Source: Eledone cirrhosa
Taxonomy: Eukaryota
Assembly (NCBI GenBank): GCA_964016885.1
Contig: OZ024743.1
Location: forward strand, 315,890,001 to 315,954,000
Length of the DNA stretch: 64,000 bases
Direction of reading: 5' to 3'
Shown: positions 25,162 through 38,615 of the stretch, piece after piece
Layout of the letters: each line of letters opens with the position of its first letter
Position numbering within the stretch: the first letter of the stretch is position 1
Notes under the pieces: model-generated
Told to the model about the DNA's origin: nothing
The model's input: the letters and a program-made list of their open reading frames with translations, nothing else
Database searches by the model: none
Translations under genes and position numbers: made by a program

Positions 25162-26140
25162 TACCTCTTTCGTCGTCTCCAAAATAATGAGCACAAGCCA
25201 TCAACTATGTACGTGGTCTGTAGTGTTAGTTAAATTATAATTCTGTATTTAATACCTGGTCACCTTGTCACACGTTAACTTTTTTTTATAATATATTTTT
25301 CTTGTTGTTTGGAGGAAACTGAGAATTCCGTTGGTGGGGTGGAATTGTCTGAAACAGTTTGACCCCATTTGGTGTCCGAACCCCAAACCTTTACGTTATT
25401 AGCACGATTCTCTAATTACCTGAGCTAACTGGACAGATATTTAGTTCGCCATGGAGATAAATAATTAACAGAAACTATCAATTATTTATATTATATATAT
25501 TTGAAGTAATTAAAACAAGCATCCAAAATTGGGTTCCTCCGAAATTCCTTTAGAGTGACGTTACTTGATTGATAGTGTACGTAGCTCGGAGATCAGAGGG
25601 TCACAACTGGTAGAGTCAGTACTTCTTCTAATTGAGAGATCACAGCTCCGATAATATGGGCATGTGGTTAGAATGTCTCAAGAAAGAATCACTGGACAGA
25701 TTTTACAGACAAAACCTACAGACAGCAGACCCAGGAGTAGACCTTGTGCAAGATGGTTGGATAATATCTATGAGTTTGGCATGTCTCGCTTGGGAATCCA
25801 GTTGGAGGCGGTTGCTTCTGACAGGACCCACTGGAAGGTGTGTTGGAGGACTCTACCTTCACGACCCTCTTTGGAATAAATGTGCGAAGAAGAAGATGAA
25901 GAGATATTAGAAGTAGGATACAATAAAGTTTCACTTTAAAATATTTCATTACATTTATCGAACTTTACATGTTTCACAGATGATCGAAAAGCGAACTTAA
26001 AGTTTTCAGCCTTGTATAATTCCGTCCGTTAGTTTTTACTGAATATATTCCATCTGTCTTTGTAGGAGGATTAACGCAATGCAAAACATTGTAAATTTAG
26101 AAAGAAAAAAGAAATCAGAGTAATTAAAACTACTTGCATT

Positions 26141-26214
26141 TGGCCAGTATGGAGCTCGAACCCACGACATTCGCGTTATTAGCACGACACTCTAACCAAC
26201 TGAGCTAACCGGCC
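26141..26214 (-). tRNA. tRNA-Ile-AAT: tRNA-Ile(AAT), slot A
   Basis: Standard A type. Confidence 0.7.
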
Positions 26215-26582
26215 TAACGATGCATCTCCATAAAATTACACAATTATTACAATAACTACCACAATAGGGAAAGATAATGAAGTTATGTGAAGTTATTACT
26301 ATAGATAATAGGGATAAATATAGATTGATAATGTCCCCTAAAGATCAAAGGATTTCCAGGTATTACCTACTTTGGTATACTTATATATAGGTTTACATTT
26401 TCTAAAATGTCCTTTTAATTATGACTACGATCTGGTGTTATTTAGGGTAGACTTGGTTCCTATTTCTATCAGACGGAAAACCATTTTGGATACTATTTAC
26501 AAAAGAGGTGAAAAGATCCCACATATTAAAATATTTTTAAAACGTAAAATTTAAGAAAATAGAATAAAAGGAACATTGCTTA

Positions 26583-26656
26583 TGGCCAGTATGGGGCTCG
26601 AACCCACGACATTCGCGTTATTAGCACGACGCTATAACCAACTGAGCTAACCGGCC
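26583..26656 (-). tRNA. tRNA-Ile-AAT: tRNA-Ile(AAT), slot B, G22T variant
   Basis: One D-stem mismatch. Confidence 0.75.
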
Positions 26657-27634
26657 TACCTCTTTCGTCGTCTCCAAAATAATGAGCACAAGCCATCAAC
26701 TATGTACGTGTTCTGTAGTGTTAGTTAAATTATAATTCTGTATATAACACCTTGTCACCTTGTCACATGTTAACTTTTTTTATAATATATTTTTCTTGTT
26801 GTTTGGAGGAAACTGAGAATTCCGTTGGTGGGGTGGAATTGTCTGAAACCATTTGACCCCATTTGGTGTCCGAACCCCAAACCTTTACGTTATTAGCACG
26901 ATTCTCTAATTACCTGAGCTAACTGGACAGATATTTAGGTCGCCATGGAGATAAATAATTAACAGAAACTATCAATTATTTATATTATATATATTTGAAG
27001 TAATTAAAACAAGCATCCAAAATTGGGTTCCTCCGAAATTCCTTTAGAGTGGCGTTACTTGATTGATAGTGTACGTAGCTCGGAGATCAGAGGGTCACAA
27101 CTGGTAGAGTCAGTACTTCTTCGAATTGAGAGATCACAGCTCCGATAATATGGGCATGTGGTTAGAATGTCTCAAGAAAGAATCACTGGACAGATTTTAC
27201 AGACAAAACCTACAGACAGCAGAACCAGGAGTAGACCTTGTGCAAGATGGTTGGATGATATCTATGAGTTTGGCTTGTCTCGCTTGGGAATCCAGTTGGA
27301 GGCGGTTGCTTCTGACAGGACCCACTGGAAGGTGTGTTGGAGGACTCTATCTTCACGACCCTCTTTGGAATAAATGTGCGAAGAAGAAGATGAAGAGATA
27401 TTAGAAGTAGGATACAATAAAGTTTCACTTTAAAATATTTCATTACATTTATCGATCTTTACATGTTTCACAGATTATCGAAAAGCGAACTTAAAGTTTT
27501 CAGCCTTGTATAATTCCGTCCGTTAGTTTTTACTGAATATATTCCATCTGTCTTTGTAGGAGGATTAACGCAATGCAAAACATTGTAAATTTAGAAAGAA
27601 AAAAGAAATCAGAGTAATTAAAACTAATGGCATT

Positions 27635-27708
27635 TGGCCAGTATGGGGATCGAACCAACGACATTCGCGTTATTAGCACGACACTCTAACCAACTGAGCT
27701 AACCGGCC
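27635..27708 (-). tRNA. tRNA-Ile-AAT: tRNA-Ile(AAT), slot A, C61 intact, G51T
   Basis: One T-stem mismatch. Confidence 0.68.
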
Positions 27709-28076
27709 TAACGATACATCTCCTTAAAATTACACAATTATTACAATAACTACCACAATAGGGAAAGATAATGAAGTTATGTGAAGTTATTACTATGGAT
27801 AATAGGGATAAATATAGATTGATAATGTCCCCTAAAGATCAAAGGATTTCCAGGTATTACCTACTTTGGTATACTTATATATAGGTTTACATTTTCTAAA
27901 CTGTTATTTTAATTATGACTACGATCTGGTGTTATTGAGGGTAGACTTGGTTCCTATTTCTATCAGACGGAAAACCATTTTGGATACTATTTACAAAAGA
28001 GGTGAAAAGATCCCACATATAAAAATATTTTTAAAACGTAAAATTTTAGAAAATAGAATAAAAGAAACATTGCTTA

Positions 28077-28150
28077 TGGCCAGTATGGGGGTCGAACCCA
28101 CGACATTCGCGTTATTAGCACGACGCTCTAACCAACTGAGCTAACCGGCC
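28077..28150 (-). tRNA. tRNA-Ile-AAT: tRNA-Ile(AAT), slot B
   Basis: Canonical copy. Confidence 0.92.
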
Positions 28151-29129
28151 TACCTCTTTCGTCGTCTCCAAAATAATGAGCACAAGCCATCAACTATGTA
28201 CGTGGTCTGTAGTGTTAGTTAAATTATAATTCTGTATTTAATACCTGGTCACCTTGTCACACGTTAACTTTTTTTTATAATATATTTTTTTTGTTGTTTG
28301 GAGGAAACTGAGAATTCCGTTGGTGGGGTGGAATTGTCTGAAACAGTTTGACCCCATTTGGTGTCCGAACCCCAAACCTTTATGTTATTAGCACGATTCT
28401 CTAATAACCTGAGCTAACTGGACAGATATTTAGGTCGCCATGGAGATAAATAATTAACAGAAACTATCAATTATTTATATTATATATATTTGAAGTAATT
28501 AAAACAAGCATCCAAAATTGGGTTCCTCCGAAATTCCTTTAGCGTGACGTTACTTGATTGATAGTGTACGTAGCTCGGAGATCAGAGGGTCAAAACTGGT
28601 AGAGTCAGTACTTCTTCGAATTGAGAGATCACAGCTCCGATAATATGGGCATGTGGTTAGAATGTCTCAAGAAAGAATCACTGGACAGATTTTACAGACA
28701 AAACCTACAGACAGCAGAACCAGGAGTAGACCTTGTGCAAGATGGTTGGATGATATCTATGAGTTTGGCTTGTCTCGCTTGGGAATCCAGTTGGAGGCGG
28801 TTGCTTCTGACAGGACCCACTGGAAGGTGTGTTGGAGGACTCTACCTTCCCGACCCTCTTTGGAATAAATGTGCGAAGAAGAAGATGAAGAGATATTAGA
28901 AGTAGGATACAATAAAGTTTCACTTTAAAATATTTCATTACATTTATCGAACTTTACATGTTTCACAGATGATCAAAAAGCGAACTTAAAGTTTTCAGCC
29001 TTGTATAATTCCGTCCGTTAGTTTTTACTGAATATATTCCATCTGTCTTTGTAGGAGGATTAACGCAATGCAAAACATTGTAAATTTAGAAAGAAAAAAG
29101 AAATCAGAGTAATTAAAACTACTTGCATT

Positions 29130-29203
29130 TGGCCAGTATGGAGCTCGAACCCACGACATTCGCGTTATTAGCACGACACTCTAACCAACTGAGCTAACCG
29201 GCC
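29130..29203 (-). tRNA. tRNA-Ile-AAT: tRNA-Ile(AAT), slot A
   Basis: Standard A type. Confidence 0.7.
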
Positions 29204-29571
29204 TAACGATGCATCTCCATAAAATTACACAATTATTACAATAACTACCACAATAGGGAAAGATAATGAAGTTATGTGAAGTTATTACTATAGATAATAG
29301 GGATAAATATAGATTGATAATGTCCCCTAAAGATCAAAGGATTTCCAGGTATTACCTACTTTAGTATACTTATATATAGGTTTACATTTTCTAAACTGTC
29401 ATTTTAATTATGACTACGATCTGGTGTTATTGAGGGTAGACTTGGTTCCTATTTCTATCAGACGGAAAACCATTTTGGATACTATTTACAAAAGAGGTGA
29501 AAAGATCCCACATATAAAAATATTTTTAAAACGTAAAATTTTAGAAAATAGAATAAAAGAAACATTGCTTA

Positions 29572-29645
29572 TGGCCAGTATGGGGGTCGAACCCACGACA
29601 TTCGCGTTATTAGCACGACGCTCTAACCAACTGAGCTAACCGGCC
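29572..29645 (-). tRNA. tRNA-Ile-AAT: tRNA-Ile(AAT), slot B
   Basis: Canonical copy. Confidence 0.92.
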
Positions 29646-30624
29646 TACATCTTTCGTAGTCTCCAAAATAATGAGCACAAGCCATCAACTATGTACGTGG
29701 TCTGTAGTGTTAGTTAAATTATAATTCTGTATTTAATACCTGGTCACCTTGTCACACGTTAACTTTTTTTTATAATATATTTTTCTTGTTGTTTGGAGGA
29801 AACTGAGAATTCCGTTGGTGGGGTGGAATTGTCTGAAACAGTTTGACCCCATTTGGTGTCCGAACCCCAAACCTTTACGTTATTAGCACGATTCTCTAAT
29901 TACCTGAGCTAACTGGACAGATATTTAGTTCGCCATGGAGATAAATAATTAACAGAAACTATCAATTATTTATATTATATATATTTGAAGTAATTAAAAC
30001 AAGCATCCAAAATTGGGTTCCTCCGAAATTCCTTTAGAGTGACGTTACTTGATTGATAGTGTACGTAGCTCGGAGATCAGAGGGTCACAACTGGTAGAGT
30101 CAGTACTTCTTCTAATTGAGAGATCACAGCTCCGATAATATGGGCATGTGGTTAGAATGTCTCAAGAAAGAATCACTGGACAGATTTTACAGACAAAACC
30201 TACAGACAGCAGACCCAGGAGTAGACCTTGTGCAAGATGGTTGGATAATATCTATGAGTTTGGCATGTCTCGCTTGGGAATCCAGTTGGAGGCGGTTGCT
30301 TCTGACAGGACCCACTGGAAGGTGTGTTGGAGGACTCTACCTTCACGACCCTCTTTGGAATAAATGTGCGAAGAAGAAGATGAAGAGATATTAGAAGTAG
30401 GATACAATAAAGTTTCACTTTAAAATATTTCATTACATTTATCGAACTTTACATGTTTCACAGATGATCGAAAAGCGAACTTAAAGTTTTCAGCCTTGTA
30501 TAATTCCGTCCGTTAGTTTTTACTGAATATATTCCATCTGTCTTTGTAGGAGGATTAACGCAATGCAAAACATTGTAAATTTAGAAAGAAAAAAGAAATC
30601 AGAGTAATTAAAACTACTTGCATT

Positions 30625-30698
30625 TGGCCAGTATGGAGCTCGAACCCACGACATTCGCGTTATTAGTACGACATTCTAACCAACTGAGCTAACCGGCA
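30625..30698 (-). pseudogene. tRNA-Ile(AAT), slot A, damaged
   Basis: C61T plus G1T, D-stem and anticodon-stem changes. Confidence 0.6.
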
Positions 30699-31066
30699 TA
30701 ACGATGCATCTCCATAAAATTACACAATTATTACAATAACTACCACAATAGGGAAAGATAATGAAGTTATGTGAAGTTATTACTATAGATAATAGGGATA
30801 AATATAGATTGATAATGTCCCCTAAAGATCAAAGGATTTCCAGGTATTACCTACTTTGGTATACTTATATATAGGTTTACATTTTCTAAACTGTCATTTT
30901 AATTATGACTACGATCTGGTGTTATTTAGGGTAGACTTGGTTCCTATTTCTATCAGACGGAAAACCATTTTGGATACTATTTACAAAAGAGGTGAAAAGA
31001 TCCCACATATAAAAATATTTTTAAAACGTAAAAGTTTAGAAAATAGAATAAAAGAAACATTGCTTA

Positions 31067-31140
31067 TGGCCAGTATGGGGGTCGAACCCACGACATTCGC
31101 GTTATTAGCACGACGCTCTAACCAACTGAGCTAACCGGCC
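31067..31140 (-). tRNA. tRNA-Ile-AAT: tRNA-Ile(AAT), slot B
   Basis: Canonical copy. Confidence 0.92.
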
Positions 31141-32119
31141 TACCTCTTCCGTCGTCTCCAAAATAATGAGCACAAGCCATCAACTATTTACGTGGTCTGT
31201 AGTGTTAGTTAAATTATAATTCTGTATTTAATACCTGGTCACCTTGTCACACGTTAACTTTTTTTTATAATATATTTTTCTTGTTGTTTGGAGGAAACTG
31301 AGAATTCCGTTGGTGGGGTGGAATTGTCTGAAACAGTTTGACCCCATTTGGTGTCCGAACCCCAAACCTTTACGTTATTAGCACGATTCTCTAATTACCT
31401 GAGCTAACTGGACAGATATTTAGGTCGCCATGGAGATAAATAATTAACAGAAACTATCAATTATTTATATTATATATATTTGAAGTAATTAAAACAAGCA
31501 TCCAAAATTGGGTTCCTCCGAAATTCCTTTAGAGTGACGTTACTTGATTGATAGTGTACGTAGCTCGGAGATCAGAGGGTCACAACTGGTAGAGTCAGTA
31601 CTTCTTCTAATTGAGAGATCACAGCTCCGATAATATGGGCATGTGGTTAGAATGTCTCAAGAAAGAATCACTGGACAGATTTTACAGACAAAACCTACAG
31701 ACAGCAGACCCATGAGTAGACCTTGTGCAAGATGGTTGGATAATATCTATGAGTTTGGCATGTCTCGCTTGGGAATCCAGTTGGAGGCGGTTGCTTCTGA
31801 CAGGACCCACTGGAAGGTGTGTTGGAGGACTCTACCTTCACGACCCTCTTTGGAATAAATGTGCCAAGAAGAAGATGAAGAGATATTAGAAGTAGGATAC
31901 AATAAAGTTTCACTTTAAAATATTTCATTACATTTATCGAACTTTACATGTTTCACAGATGATCAAAAAGCGAACTTAAAGTTTTCAGCCTTGTATAATT
32001 CCGTCCGTTAGTTTTTACTGAATATATTCCATCTGTCTTTGTAGGAGGATTAACGCAATGCAAAACATTGTAAATTTAGAAAGAAAAAAGAAATCAGAGT
32101 AATTAAAACTACTTGCATT

Positions 32120-32193
32120 TGGCCAGTATGGAGCTCGAACCCACGACATTCGCGTTATTAGCACGACACTCTAACCAACTGAGCTAACCGGCC
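32120..32193 (-). tRNA. tRNA-Ile-AAT: tRNA-Ile(AAT), slot A
   Basis: Standard A type. Confidence 0.7.
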
Positions 32194-32561
32194 TAACGAT
32201 GCATCTCCATAAAATTACACAATTATTACAATAACTACCACAATAGGGAAAGATAATGAAGTTATGTGAAGTTATTACTATAGATAATAGGGATAAATAT
32301 AGATTGATAATGTCCCCTAAAGATCAAAGGATTTCCAGGTATTACCTACTTTGGTATACTTATATATAGGTTTACATTTTCTAAACTGTCATTTTAATTA
32401 TGACTACGATCTGGTGTTATTGAGGGTAGACTTGGTTCCTATTTCTATCAGACGGAAAACCATTTTGGATACTATTTACAAAAGAGGTGAAAAGATCCCA
32501 CATATAAAAATATTTTTAAAACGTAAAATTTTAGAAAATAGAATAAAAGAAACATTGCTTA

Positions 32562-32635
32562 TGGCCAGTATGGGGGTCGAACCCACGACATTCGCGTTAT
32601 TAGCACGACGCTCTAACCAACTGAGCTAACCGGCC
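32562..32635 (-). tRNA. tRNA-Ile-AAT: tRNA-Ile(AAT), slot B
   Basis: Canonical copy. Confidence 0.92.
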
Positions 32636-33614
32636 TACCTCTTCCGTCGTCTCCAAAATAATGAGCACAAGCCATCAACTATGTACGTGGTCTGTAGTGT
32701 TAGTTAAATTATAATTCTGTATTTAATACCTGGTCACCTTGTCACACGTTAACTTTTTTTTATAATATATTTTTCTTGTTGTTTGGAGGAAACTGAGAAT
32801 TCCGTTGGTGGGGTGGAATTGTCTGAAACAGTTTGACCCCATTTGGTGTCCGAACCCCAAAGCTTTATGTTATTAGCACGATTCTCTAATAACCTGAGCT
32901 AACTGGACAGATATTTAGGTCGCCATGGAGATAAATAATTAACAGAAACTATCAATTATTTATATTATATATATTTGAAGTAATTAAAACAAGCATCCAA
33001 AATTGGGTTCCTCCGAAATTCCTTTAGAGTGACGTTACTTGATTGATAGTGTACGTAGCTCGGAGATCAGAGGGTCACAACTGGTAGAGTCAGTACTTCT
33101 TCGAATTGAGAGATCACAGCTCTGATAATATGGGTATGTGGTTAGAATGTCTCAAGAAAGAATCACTGGACAGATTTTACAGACAAAACCTACAGACAGC
33201 AGACCCAGGAGTAGACCTTGTGCAAGATGGTTGGATAATATCTATGAGTTTGGCTTGTCTCGCTTGGGGATCCAGTTGGAGGCGGTTGCTTCTGACTGGA
33301 CCCACTGGAAGGTGTGTTGGAGGACTCTACCTTCACGACCCTCTTTGGAATAAATGTGCGAAGAAGAAGATGAAGAGATATTAGAAGTAGGATACAATAA
33401 AGTTTCACTTTAAAATATTTCATTACATTTATCGAACTTTACATGTTTCACAGATGATCAAAAAGCGAACTTAAAGTTTTCAGCCTTGTATAATTCCGTC
33501 CGTTAGTTTTTACTGAATATATTCCATCTGTCTTTGTAGGAGGATTAACGCAATGCAAAACATTGTAAATTTAGAAAGAAAAAAGAAATCAGAGTAATTA
33601 AAACTACTTGCATT

Positions 33615-33688
33615 TGGCCAGTATGGAGCTCGAACCCACGACATTCGCGTTATTAGCACGGCACTCTAACCAACTGAGCTAACCGGCC
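33615..33688 (-). tRNA. tRNA-Ile-AAT: tRNA-Ile(AAT), slot A, T27C
   Basis: A type with anticodon-stem mismatch. Confidence 0.62.
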
Positions 33689-34056
33689 TAACGATGCATC
33701 TCCATAAAATTACACAATTATTACAATAACTACCACAATAGGGAAAGATAATGAAGTTATGTGAAGTTATTACTATAGATAATAGGGATAAATATAGATT
33801 GATAATGTCCCCTAAAGATCAAAGGATTTCCAGGTATTACCTACTTTGGTATACTTATATATAGGTTTACATTTTCTAAACTGTCATTTTAATTATGACT
33901 ACGATCTGGTGTTATTTAGGGTAGACTTGGTTCCTATTTCTATCAGACGGAAAACCATTTTGGATACTATTTACAAAAGAGGTGAAAAGATCCCACATAT
34001 AAAAATATTTTTAAAACGTAAAATTTTAGAAAATAGAATAAAAGAAACATTGCTTA

Positions 34057-34130
34057 TGGCCAGTATGGGGGTCGAACCCACGACATTCGCGTTATTAGCA
34101 CGACGCTCTAACCAACTGAGCTAACCGGCC
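34057..34130 (-). tRNA. tRNA-Ile-AAT: tRNA-Ile(AAT), slot B
   Basis: Canonical copy. Confidence 0.92.
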
Positions 34131-35109
34131 TACCTCTTTCGTCGTCTCCAAAATAATGAGCACAAGCCATCAACTATGTACGTGGTCTGTAGTGTTAGTT
34201 AAATTATAATTCTGTATTTAATACCTGGTCACCTTGTCACACGTTAACTTTTTTTTATAATATATTTTTCTTGTTGTTTGGAGGAAACTGAGAATTCCGT
34301 TGGTGGGGTGGAATTGTCAGAAAAAGTTTGACCCCATTTGGTGTCCGAACCCCAAACCTTTACGTTATTAGCACGATTCTCTAATTACCTGAGCTAACTG
34401 GAAAGATATTTAGGTCGCCATGGAGATAAATAATTAACAGAAACTATCAATTATTTATATTATATATATTTGAAGTAATTAAAACAAGCATCCAAAATTG
34501 GGTTCCTCCGAAATTCCTTTAGAGTGACGTTACTTGATTGATAGTGTACGTAGCTCGGAGATCAGAGGGTCACAACTGGTAGAGTCAGTACTTCTTCGAA
34601 TTGAGAGATCACAGCTCCGATAATATGGGCATGTGGTTAGAATGTCTCAAGAAAGAATCACTGGACAGATTTTACAGACAAAACCTACAGACAGCAGAAC
34701 CAGGAGTAGACCTTGTGCAAGATGGTTGGATGATATCTATGAGTTTGGCTTGTCTCGCTTGGGAATCCAGTTGGAGGCGGTTGCTTCTGACAGGACCCAC
34801 TGGAAGGTGTGTTGGAGGACTCTACCTTCACGACCCTCTTTGGAATAAATGTGCGAAGAAGAAGATGAAGAGATATTAGAAGTAGGATACAATAAAGTTT
34901 CACTTTAAAATATTTCATTACATTTATCGAACTTTACATGTTTCACAGATTATCGAAAAGCGAACTTAAAGTTTTCAGCCTTGTATAATTCCGTCCGTTA
35001 GTTTTTACTGAATATATTCCATCTGTCTTTGTAGGAGGATTAACGCAATGCAAAACATTGTAAGTTTAGAAAGAAAAAAGAAATCAGAGTAATTAAAACT
35101 ACTTGCATT

Positions 35110-35183
35110 TGGCCAGTATGGAGCTCGAACCCACGACATTCGCGTTATTAGCACGACACTCTAACCAACTGAGCTAACCGGCC
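35110..35183 (-). tRNA. tRNA-Ile-AAT: tRNA-Ile(AAT), slot A
   Basis: Standard A type. Confidence 0.7.
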
Positions 35184-35551
35184 TAACGATGCATCTCCAT
35201 AAAATTACACAATTATTACAATAACTACCACAATAGGGAAAGATAATGAAGTTATGTGAAGTTATTACTATAGATAATAGGGATAAATATAGATTGACAA
35301 TGTCCCCTAAAGATCAAAGGATTTCCAGGTATTACCTACTTTGGTATACTTATATATAGGTTTACATTTTCTAAACTGTCCTTTTAATTATGACTACGAT
35401 CTGGTGTTATTGAGGGTAGACTTGGTTCCTATTTCTATCAGACGGAAAACCATTTTGGATACTATTTACAAAAGAGGTGAAAAGATCCCACATATTAAAA
35501 TATTTTTATAACGTAAAGTTTTAGAAAATAGAATAAAAGAAACATTGCTTA

Positions 35552-35625
35552 TGGCCAGTATGGGGGTCGAACCCACGACATTCGCGTTATTAGCACGACG
35601 CTCTAACCAACTGAGCTAACCGGCC
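35552..35625 (-). tRNA. tRNA-Ile-AAT: tRNA-Ile(AAT), slot B
   Basis: Canonical copy. Confidence 0.92.
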
Positions 35626-36604
35626 TACCTCTTTCGTCGTCTCCAAAATAATGAGCACAAGCCATCAACTATGTACGTGGTCTGTAGTGTTAGTTAAATT
35701 ATAATTCTGTATATAACACCCTGTCACCTTGTCACATGTTAACTTTTTTTTATAATATATTTTTCTTGTTGTTTGGAGGAAACTGAGAATTCCGTTGGTG
35801 GGATGGAATTGTCTGAAACAGTTTGACCCCATTTGGTGTCCGAACCCCAAACCTTTACGTTATTAGCACGATTCTCTAATTACCTGAGCTAACTGGACAG
35901 ATATTTAGGTCGCCATGGAGATAAATAATTAACAGAAACTATCAATTATGTATATTATATATATTTGAAGTAATTAAAACAAGCATCCAAAATTGGGTTC
36001 CTCCGAAATTCCTTTAGAGTGACGTTACTTGATTGATAGTGTACGTAGCTCGGAGATCAGAGGGTCACAACTGGTAGAGTCAGTACTTCTTCGAATTGAG
36101 AGATCACAGCTCTGATAATATGGGTATGTGGTTAGAATGTCTCAAGAAAGAATCACTGGACAGATTTTACAGACAAAACCTACAGACAGCAGACCCAGGA
36201 GTAGACCTTGTGCAAGATGGTTGGATAATATCTATGAGTTTGGCTTGTCTCGCTTGGGGATCCAGTTGGAGGCGGTTGCTTCTGACTGGACCCACTGGAA
36301 GGTGTGTTGGAGGACTCTACCTTCACGACCCTCTTTGGAATAAATGTGCGAAGAAGAAGATGAAGAGATATTAGAAGTAGGATACAATAAAGTTTCACTT
36401 TAAAATATTTCATTACATTTATCGAACTTTACATGTTTCACAGATGATCAAAAAGCGAACTTAAAGTTTTCAGCCTTGTATAATTCCGTCCGTTAGTTTT
36501 TACTGAATATATTCCATCTGTCTTTGTAGGAGGATTAACGCAATGCAAAACATTGTAAATTTAGAAAGAAAAAAGAAATCAGAGTAATTAAAACTACTTG
36601 CATT

Positions 36605-36678
36605 TGGCCAGTATGGAGCTCGAACCCACGACATTCGCGTTATTAGCACGGCACTCTAACCAACTGAGCTAACCGGCC
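36605..36678 (-). tRNA. tRNA-Ile-AAT: tRNA-Ile(AAT), slot A, T27C
   Basis: A type with anticodon-stem mismatch. Confidence 0.62.
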
Positions 36679-37046
36679 TAACGATGCATCTCCATAAAAT
36701 TACACAATTATTACAATAACTACCACAATAGGGAAAGATAATGAAGTTATGTGAAGTTATTACTATAGATAATAGGGATAAATATAGATTGATAATGTCC
36801 CCTAAAGATCAAAGGATTTCCAGGTATTACCTACTTTGGTATACTTATATATAGGTTTACATTTTCTAAACTGTCATTTTAATTATGACTACGATCTGGT
36901 GTTATTTAGGGTAGACTTGGTTCCTATTTCTATCAGACGGAAAACCATTTTGGATACTATTTACAAAAGAGGTGAAAAGATCCCACATATAAAAATATTT
37001 TTAAAACGTAAAATTTTAGAAAATAGAATAAAAGAAACATTGCTTA

Positions 37047-37120
37047 TGGCCAGTATGGGGGTCGAACCCACGACATTCGCGTTATTAGCACGACGCTCTA
37101 ACCAACTGAGCTAACCGGCC
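37047..37120 (-). tRNA. tRNA-Ile-AAT: tRNA-Ile(AAT), slot B
   Basis: Canonical copy. Confidence 0.92.
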
Positions 37121-38099
37121 TACCTCTTTCGTCGTCTCCAAAATAATGAGCACAAGCCATCAACTATGTACGTGGTCTGTAGTGTTAGTTAAATTATAAT
37201 TCTGTATTTAATACCTGGTCACCTTGTCACACGTTAACTTTTTTTTATAATATATTTTTCTTGTTGTTTGGAGGAAACTGAGAATTCCGTTGGTGGGGTG
37301 GAATTGTCAGAAAAAGTTTGACCCCATTTGGTGTCCGAACCCCAAACCTTTACGTTATTAGCACGATTCTCTAATTACCTGAGCTAACTGGAAAGATATT
37401 TAGGTCGCCATGGAGATAAATAATTAACAGAAACTATCAATTATTTATATTATATATATTTGAAGTAATTAAAACAAGCATCCAAAATTGGGTTCCTCCG
37501 AAATTCCTTTAGAGTGACGTTACTTGATTGATAGTGTACGTAGCTCGGAGATCAGAGGGTCACAACTGGTAGAGTCAGTACTTCTTCGAATTGAGAGATC
37601 ACAGCTCCGATAATATGGGCATGTGGTTAGAATGTCTCAAGAAAGAATCACTGGACAGATTTTACAGACAAAACCTACAGACAGCAGAACCAGGAGTAGA
37701 CCTTGTGCAAGATGGTTGGATGATATCTATGAGTTTGGCTTGTCTCGCTTGGGAATCCAGTTGGAGGCGGTTGCTTCTGACAGGACCCACTGGAAGGTGT
37801 GTTGGAGGACTCTACCTTCACGACCCTCTTTGGAATAAATGTGCGAAGAAGAAGATGAAGAGATATTAGAAGTAGGATACAATAAAGTTTCACTTTAAAA
37901 TATTTCATTACATTTATCGAACTTTACATGTTTCACAGATTATCGAAAAGCGAACTTAAAGTTTTCAGCCTTGTATAATTCCGTCCGTTAGTTTTTACTG
38001 AATATATTCCATCTGTCTTTGTAGGAGGATTAACGCAATGCAAAACATTGTAAGTTTAGAAAGAAAAAAGAAATCAGAGTAATTAAAACTACTTGCATT

Positions 38100-38173
38100 T
38101 GGCCAGTATGGAGCTCGAACCCACGACATTCGCGTTATTAGCACGACACTCTAACCAACTGAGCTAACCGGCC
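38100..38173 (-). tRNA. tRNA-Ile-AAT: tRNA-Ile(AAT), slot A
   Basis: Standard A type. Confidence 0.7.
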
Positions 38174-38541
38174 TAACGATGCATCTCCATAAAATTACAC
38201 AATTATTACAATAACTACCACAATAGGGAAAGATAATGAAGTTATGTGAAGTTATTACTATAGATAATAGGGATAAATATAGATTGATAATGTCCCCTAA
38301 AGATCAAAGGATTTCCAGGTATTACCTACTTTGGTATACTTATATATAGGTTTACATTTTCTAAACTGTCCTTTTAATTATGACTACGATCTGGTGTTAT
38401 TGAGGGTAGACTTGGTTCCTATTTCTATCAGACGGAAAACCATTTTGGATACTATTTACAAAAGAGGTGAAAAGATCCCACATATTAAAATATTTTTATA
38501 ACGTAAAGTTTTAGAAAATAGAATAAAAGAAACATTGCTTA

Positions 38542-38615
38542 TGGCCAGTATGGGGGTCGAACCCACGACATTCGCGTTATTAGCACGACGCTCTAACCAA
38601 CTGAGCTAACCGGCC
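38542..38615 (-). tRNA. tRNA-Ile-AAT: tRNA-Ile(AAT), slot B
   Basis: Canonical copy. Confidence 0.92.
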
